A program made the translations under genes and the position numbers. From Bacteroidia bacterium (GTDB lineage: Bacteria > Bacteroidota > Bacteroidia > NS11-12g > UBA9320): 64,000 nt of DNA. Below the pieces are notes generated by a model that saw only the letters and a list, made by a program, of their open reading frames with translations, did no database searches and had not been told where the DNA came from. Shown piece after piece: positions 58,633 through 64,000 of the stretch; position 1 is the stretch's first letter; every line of letters begins with the position of its first letter. Location of the stretch: the NCBI GenBank assembly GCA_965655315.1, contig CBFHGJ010000009.1, positions 26,008 through 90,007 of the forward strand. The letters are read 5' to 3'.

Positions 58633-59488
58633 ATGCTATAATGGAAATAGAAATAACTGCTAGTGTAAGTCCAATCTTATTCTTTTTACTTAAGTTTTCT
58701 CTGAAAATCAGAATAGATAAAAGCGTACTAAGGACGACGACTCCTACATTATTGATTCCAAAAACTAAAGCACTCTTATGTTTGAAAGAAACAATTGCGA
58801 TGAGCAAAAAGTAAATAGAAAAATAATTTGGTACACCCAGAAGTATACCTGCCACAACACTCTTCGTTGTTAATGCAGGTGCTCCTCTTCGAGTTCTGAA
58901 AAAAAGAATAACTAATCCAGCTAAGAATGCACCTAAAAAGATAGAGTATGATATGGTTTCCGTGGCAACAATATCAGAAAATTCAGACTCAAGAATTTTT
59001 AATGAAGTATCAATAATTCCGCCACCAAGGAAGACAATTATTGGGAGTAAAAAATAGCGTCTATCTAAAGCCAATTCTTCTTTTACACTAATGAAATAAA
59101 TACTTAGTAACGACAGGATTACTCCAAAAACAAATAGGAATGAGACTTCTTCATTTAAATAGATAAAAGCGAATAAAATGGGAACTACAACTGACATTTT
59201 ACCACTTACGGCGGTTACGCTAATGCCCATTTTTTCGGTTGTTAAAGCCATGGAAAAAAAGATTGCAACAAAAAGGAAACCTAGGAGTATGCAATATGGA
59301 AACCAGCTATTGCTTAAATGACTCAATATATCACGATCTGAAGATAATAGATAACCTACGACAAAGCACACTAAGTAGTTAACTATAATAGCCTGGAATT
59401 TATCAACTTTGTAATCCTTAAACCACCTAAATATCAAGTTTATCGAGGTGCTAAATACTATGCTGAGTGTAAGGAATACGATAGCCAT
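58622..59488 (-). CDS. EamA/DMT-superfamily membrane transporter
   Basis: 288 aa, ~10 TM helices arranged as two 5-TM repeats. Confidence 0.5.
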   Translation of the reverse strand: MAIVFLTLSIVFSTSINLIFRWFKDYKVDKFQAIIVNYLVCFVVGYLLSSDRDILSHLSNSWFPYCILLGFLFVAIFFSMALTTEKMGISVTAVSGKMSVVVPILFAFIYLNEEVSFLFVFGVILSLLSIYFISVKEELALDRRYFLLPIIVFLGGGIIDTSLKILESEFSDIVATETISYSIFLGAFLAGLVILFFRTRRGAPALTTKSVVAGILLGVPNYFSIYFLLIAIVSFKHKSALVFGINNVGVVVLSTLLSILIFRENLSKKNKIGLTLAVISISIIAYAN

Positions 59489-59491
59489 ATT

Positions 59492-60517
59492 TTATGGTTT
59501 AAAGTATTTTATTCTATCATTGAAAGAAGTTCTTTCTTTTATTGAAGGAATGCCTATCCAAGGTGCTTTTATACCTTTTGACCAAACCTTATTTGATTTT
59601 AATATTATGGCTTCATCCCAAAGTTTTTCACTGAGAAAAGCATTTAACACAATCGATCCACCTTCAACAAGTACGCTGTGAATATCACGCTTGATTAAAT
59701 CATCTAAGAATGCATCTAAGGTAAAAGGATTTAGAGTTATAGTTTCAACATTTTTAATTGAAAGTTTTTGTTGTGCTTCCGTGTATATTATGGTTCTTCC
59801 CTCTGAAAATAGTTTCAACTCCCTGTTCAAAGTATTGGATTTAGAGAGAATTACTTTAATAGGGGAGCTCCCTTTACTGTGTCTCAAATTGAGTAATGGA
59901 TCATCATGATTCGCCGTTTTTGCCCCGACTACAATAGCTTGATGCGTAGCTCTAAGTTGATGGACAAATTCATCATTCTCTGATGAACTTATTTTAGCTG
60001 AGCTGTTATCGCCTTCAGATCGTGCTATATAGCCATCTTTCGTTTCAGCCCATTTTAGAGTGATATAGGGTTTTTGGACAGTATGTGCTTTAAAAAAAAC
60101 TTTATTCAACTCGAGGCATTCTTGTTCCAATATACCTACTTTAACCTCTATACCTGCCTCCAAAAGCATTTTAACACCTCTGCCAGCCACTTTTGGATGT
60201 GGATCTAAGGTGCCAATAACCACTTTGCCTGGTTTTCTATCAATCAATAAACTAGCACAAGGTGGAGTTTTTCCATAAAAAGAACAAGGTTCTAAGTTGA
60301 CATAGACTGTGCACTCATTGATTTCAATAGACTCAGGAAGATTTGCAAAGGCATTCACCTCAGCATGTGCTTCTCCGTATTTTTCATGAAAACCTTCAGC
60401 TACAATAACTCCATTATGAACTATCACACAACCAACCATAGGGTTTGGAGCAACAAAGAGTTGTCCTTGTATGGCTAATTCTAAACATCTGCCAATATAT
60501 TTCTTATCCTTATCCAA
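59492..60517 (-). CDS. ribD: bifunctional riboflavin biosynthesis protein RibD (pyrimidine deaminase / reductase)
   Basis: 341 aa; CMP/dCMP-type deaminase zinc motifs HAEVNA and PCSFYGKTPPC; C-terminal RibD reductase domain. Confidence 0.9.
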   Translation of the reverse strand: MDKDKKYIGRCLELAIQGQLFVAPNPMVGCVIVHNGVIVAEGFHEKYGEAHAEVNAFANLPESIEINECTVYVNLEPCSFYGKTPPCASLLIDRKPGKVVIGTLDPHPKVAGRGVKMLLEAGIEVKVGILEQECLELNKVFFKAHTVQKPYITLKWAETKDGYIARSEGDNSSAKISSSENDEFVHQLRATHQAIVVGAKTANHDDPLLNLRHSKGSSPIKVILSKSNTLNRELKLFSEGRTIIYTEAQQKLSIKNVETITLNPFTLDAFLDDLIKRDIHSVLVEGGSIVLNAFLSEKLWDEAIILKSNKVWSKGIKAPWIGIPSIKERTSFNDRIKYFKP

Positions 60518-60635
60518 TATGATGATTGTAGAACTGCAATAATAGAACTAATGTTTTTCAGGCTTCCATTTAAATTTAGATAGTATAATTGTCAACCAAA
60601 GATTTACTAAATACTAAAAATAGGTTCGTTACAAT

Positions 60636-61457
60636 ATGTCTGTGAAACTATCTACAATAAAAGCTATATATTTAGATGTTCTAACTAAACTGTATACGAG
60701 ATCTGAGGCGGAAAATTACTTCTATATTGTTTTACAATGGTTAGAAAAAAAATCTAAAACAGATGTAATTGTTGGTAATGAAACTTTGCTTCAATCTACC
60801 TACCTTGATTTACTTTCACAATTAGAAAAAAGTGTCCCTATACAATACTTCACTAATGAAGCTCCTTTTTACGGGTTAGACTTATATGTAGACGAGCGAA
60901 CGCTTATTCCTAGGCCAGAAACAGAGCAACTTGTACATCTTATTCTTGAAGAAAATCAAGGTTTTTCAGGTAAAATATTGGATATCGGTACTGGAAGTGG
61001 CTGCATTGCTTTGACGTTGAAAAAGAATCTTCCAAATGCTACTGTGAGTGGATGTGATATAAGTTTAGATGCACTAGAAGTAGCTAAGAAGAATGCTCAT
61101 TTATTAAATATAGATGTAGATTTCTTTGAGTTAGATGTATTGAATGACACAATTACACCTAGCAATATTGTTGTGTCAAACCCTCCCTATATAGCACTAG
61201 AAGAAAAGGTTAATATGGAGTCCAATGTGATTGATTATGAGCCAGATGTCGCATTATTTGTAGATGCAGAAGATCCTCTATTGTTTTATAAAACGATCGT
61301 AAAAAAAGCATTGAAGAACAAGGACACGGTATGCTACTTTGAAACGAGTGAGTTTTATAGTACCGAATTGGATGAATGGTTAGCGTCTAGTAATTATCAA
61401 TATGTATGGAAATCTGATTTTCAACTAAAGGATAGAATATTGAAAGTATGGCATTGA
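60636..61457 (+). CDS. prmC: release-factor glutamine N5-methyltransferase PrmC/HemK
   Basis: 273 aa; SAM-binding ILDIGTGSGCIAL and catalytic VVSNPPYI (NPPY). Confidence 0.85.
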   Translation: MSVKLSTIKAIYLDVLTKLYTRSEAENYFYIVLQWLEKKSKTDVIVGNETLLQSTYLDLLSQLEKSVPIQYFTNEAPFYGLDLYVDERTLIPRPETEQLVHLILEENQGFSGKILDIGTGSGCIALTLKKNLPNATVSGCDISLDALEVAKKNAHLLNIDVDFFELDVLNDTITPSNIVVSNPPYIALEEKVNMESNVIDYEPDVALFVDAEDPLLFYKTIVKKALKNKDTVCYFETSEFYSTELDEWLASSNYQYVWKSDFQLKDRILKVWH

Positions 61458-61585
61458 AAAAAACACGATGGAGCAAGTTTGTTAGAGACCCTGAGTTCTG
61501 GTTTATCATCTGTTTCAATGCGATGATAATCTTGCTATATCTCAATAATTCTTACAATAAAAACATAGCCATCTGAGGGTATTAT

Positions 61586-62074
61586 TTGCAGTCCATTTTT
61601 GTAGGCTTGCAATATGTATTGATCCGTACAGTGAAAAGGGTTAAATCTACAGGTTCAATATTACCCTTAAAGCAACATGCATTTACTGGTTTTTTTATAC
61701 TTCATTTCGGTCTTTTTCATTTTGTTTATTTCATCTTCCTACTTACAATGTTTCTTGGAGGAAATGGAAGCGACCAAGCGTCTTTTATAACTTTTATAAA
61801 ATCTAGCTTAGCGTTTCTTGTCATCAATACGCTATTTCATACTGGTCGAGAAGTATTGCCTGGCACACCAAATTATCCCGCACCATCTGTTATAGCAGCA
61901 TATGCAAGAATTGTCCCAATACATTTATTGATAATGATTGCCGGGTTTCAGGATGATAGAATGACTATTGCCTTTTTAGTATTTATGGTTTTGAAAGTGT
62001 TTTTTGATCTACTAACCTACGTATTTACTATGCCTTCTGCATGGGAATCAAAGCAGAAAAAAGCCCTCTGGTAA
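61586..62074 (+). CDS. hypothetical membrane protein
   Basis: 162-aa ORF (TTG start; possible later ATG), 4 hydrophobic segments. Confidence 0.35.
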   Translation: MQSIFVGLQYVLIRTVKRVKSTGSILPLKQHAFTGFFILHFGLFHFVYFIFLLTMFLGGNGSDQASFITFIKSSLAFLVINTLFHTGREVLPGTPNYPAPSVIAAYARIVPIHLLIMIAGFQDDRMTIAFLVFMVLKVFFDLLTYVFTMPSAWESKQKKALW

Positions 62075-62201
62075 ACCCAATAGACACTTTCTGTAAATTA
62101 TCCCCATTATAGTACGTTAAATGTGGGTATTTTGGGGTCTTCAAGACGATTTGATTTAGATATATAAAATAACTTGCAGGCCAATTTAAACCTTGTAATT
62201 A

Positions 62202-64000
62202 ATGAATTCGGAAAACGAAAAAATTATTCCAATTAACATAGAAGAGGAGATGAAAACAGCATACATTGATTATTCAATGTCTGTCATTGTATCAAGAGCC
62301 CTCCCAGATGTTAGAGATGGTCTTAAACCTGTGCATAGACGAGTACTTTATGGTATGACTGAGTTAGGTTTAGCAAGTAACAGAGCCCACAAAAAATCAG
62401 CTAGAATAGTAGGAGAGGTACTTGGTAAGTATCACCCCCATGGAGATACATCTGTTTACGACACTATGGTGCGTATGGCTCAAGATTGGAGTCTTCGCTA
62501 CCCGATGGTAGATGGACAAGGAAACTTCGGTAGTATAGATGGTGATCCACCTGCAGCAATGAGGTATACGGAAGCACGTATGCGTAAGCTAGCTGAGGAG
62601 ATGTTATCTGATATAGACAAGGACACCGTAGATTTCAGACCAAACTTTGATGATAGTTTAAGTGAACCAACAGTATTGCCGGCTCGAATTCCAAGTTTAT
62701 TGGTAAATGGAGCTTCCGGTATAGCAGTAGGAATGGCCACTAATATGGCTCCACATAATCTGACTGAAGTGATAGATGGAACAGTAGCTTACATAGAGGA
62801 CAATGAAATCTCAATTGAGGGGCTCATGGAATATGTTAAAGCTCCTGACTTCCCAACAGGAGGAATTATCTATGGTACAGAAGGTGTAAAGTCTGCTTTT
62901 GAAACTGGCAAGGGTAGGATTGTAATGCGCGGAAAGGCTGAGTTTGATGTAACTAAAACTGGAAAGGAGCAAATTATTATTACTGAAGTTCCTTATCAGG
63001 TTAGCCCTTCTCAAATTATTGTGAAAGCGGTTGACCTTGTAAACGATAAAGTAATCGAAGGTATCAGTGAAGTTAGAGATGAAAGTGGTAGACAAGGTCT
63101 CAGAATAGTTTTCGATTTAAAACGGGATGCTATTCCTAATATAGTACTCAATAAACTGTACAAATACACTCCGCTTCAAACTAGCTTCAGTGTCAATAAC
63201 ATAGCATTGGTAAATGGTCGTCCTCAAATGTTAAATCTTAAGGATATGATTCATCATTATGTTGATCATAGACACGAGGTTGTAATTAGACGTACAGAGT
63301 ATTTACTAAAGGAGGCTGAGAAGAGAGCACATATCTTAGAAGGACTAATTATAGCATCTGATAATATAGATGAGGTAATTGCATTAATAAGATCATCTAA
63401 AAATGCTGAAGAAGCTCGAAATAAACTAATCAAACGTTTCGAATTATCTGAAATACAAGCTAAAGCTATTGTTGAAATGAGATTACGTCAACTGACTGGT
63501 CTTGAACAAGATAAGCTGCGAGCTGAGTATGATGAGTTGATGAAAACCATCTCAGATTTAAAAGAAATTTTGGCTGACAAAGCTAGGAGGATGCAAATCA
63601 TCAAAGATGAGCTACTAGAAATTAGAGAAAAATATGGTGATGACAGAAGAACTGCCATAGAGTTTGATGCTGGGGAAATCAATATAGAAGACCTGATAGC
63701 CAATGAGGAAATGGTAGTGACTATTTCTAGTATGGGTTACATAAAGAGAACTCCACTCACTGAGTATAAGCAGCAGAGTAGGGGTGGTGTAGGCAATAAA
63801 GGTGTGAAGCACAGGGATAAAGACTTTGTGGAACACTTATTCGTTACCATGACGCATAATTATATACTCTTATTCACAGATCAAGGTAGATGTTTCTGGA
63901 TGAAGGTATATGAAATTCCAGAAGGAGGTAAAGTATCTCAAGGTCGAGCCATTCAAAACCTCATCAATATACCATCAGAGGATTCGGTAAGAGCTTTTGT
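62202..64000 (+). CDS. gyrA: DNA gyrase subunit A, N-terminal ~600 aa (3' end beyond window)
   Basis: ATG 62202: [52 protein letters not shown]…; active-site region [10 protein letters not shown] (catalytic Tyr); frame open to window end. Confidence 0.95.
   Translation, partial: MNSENEKIIPINIEEEMKTAYIDYSMSVIVSRALPDVRDGLKPVHRRVLYGMTELGLASNRAHKKSARIVGEVLGKYHPHGDTSVYDTMVRMAQDWSLRYPMVDGQGNFGSIDGDPPAAMRYTEARMRKLAEEMLSDIDKDTVDFRPNFDDSLSEPTVLPARIPSLLVNGASGIAVGMATNMAPHNLTEVIDGTVAYIEDNEISIEGLMEYVKAPDFPTGGIIYGTEGVKSAFETGKGRIVMRGKAEFDVTKTGKEQIIITEVPYQVSPSQIIVKAVDLVNDKVIEGISEVRDESGRQGLRIVFDLKRDAIPNIVLNKLYKYTPLQTSFSVNNIALVNGRPQMLNLKDMIHHYVDHRHEVVIRRTEYLLKEAEKRAHILEGLIIASDNIDEVIALIRSSKNAEEARNKLIKRFELSEIQAKAIVEMRLRQLTGLEQDKLRAEYDELMKTISDLKEILADKARRMQIIKDELLEIREKYGDDRRTAIEFDAGEINIEDLIANEEMVVTISSMGYIKRTPLTEYKQQSRGGVGNKGVKHRDKDFVEHLFVTMTHNYILLFTDQGRCFWMKVYEIPEGGKVSQGRAIQNLINIPSEDSVRAF

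Noticed and set aside
60518-60635. FMN riboswitch expected upstream of ribD
   Set aside because: The 118-nt leader is AT-rich and lacks the GC-rich FMN aptamer core. No riboswitch-like structure was seen here or upstream of purN or fadD.
1-64000. CRISPR arrays, IS elements/transposases, integrases, reverse transcriptases
   Set aside because: No regularly spaced direct repeats. No ORF shows DDE, tyrosine or serine recombinase, or RT motifs. The only repeats are the 5527/6479 duplication and short AT-rich motifs.

Overview
This 64 kb window looks like AT-rich (roughly 35% GC) chromosomal DNA from a member of Bacteroidota (Flavobacteriia or Cytophagia-like). The lineage call rests on type IX secretion C-terminal sorting domains, the general absence of Shine-Dalgarno sequences, TTG/GTG starts and the gene content. 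Most of the window is housekeeping: prfB with its programmed +1 frameshift, prfC, prmC, ddl, cinA, recQ, yidC, purN, ribD, fadD, slyD, pepD, a partial gyrA, ppx/gppA, an M16 peptidase, and three tRNAs (Arg-ACG, His-GTG, Arg-TCG) with clear rho-independent terminators. Interspersed are secreted, outer-membrane and T9SS-cargo genes. There is also an unusual amount of gene decay. At least four otherwise intact reading frames are each interrupted by a single in-frame TAG or TGA: a SPOR-domain composite ORF, a KirBac-type potassium channel, and a BNR-repeat protein that additionally carries a frameshift. There are several start-less gene remnants (a T9SS type-B sorting-domain tail and an outer-membrane barrel tail). 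A ~200 bp segmental duplication copies the 5' end of a T9SS esterase gene plus its divergent promoter in front of an unrelated lipoprotein gene. I found no CRISPR array, transposase, integrase, reverse transcriptase or riboswitch. The best candidate for a previously undescribed module is the pair of orphan genes (a 369-aa putative sensor/regulator-like protein and a 136-aa lysine-rich protein). They are separated by an AT-rich divergent region carrying TTAAGTTA direct repeats and sit directly at the 3' end of tRNA-Arg(ACG). Functional claims for that pair are weak and flagged as inference.
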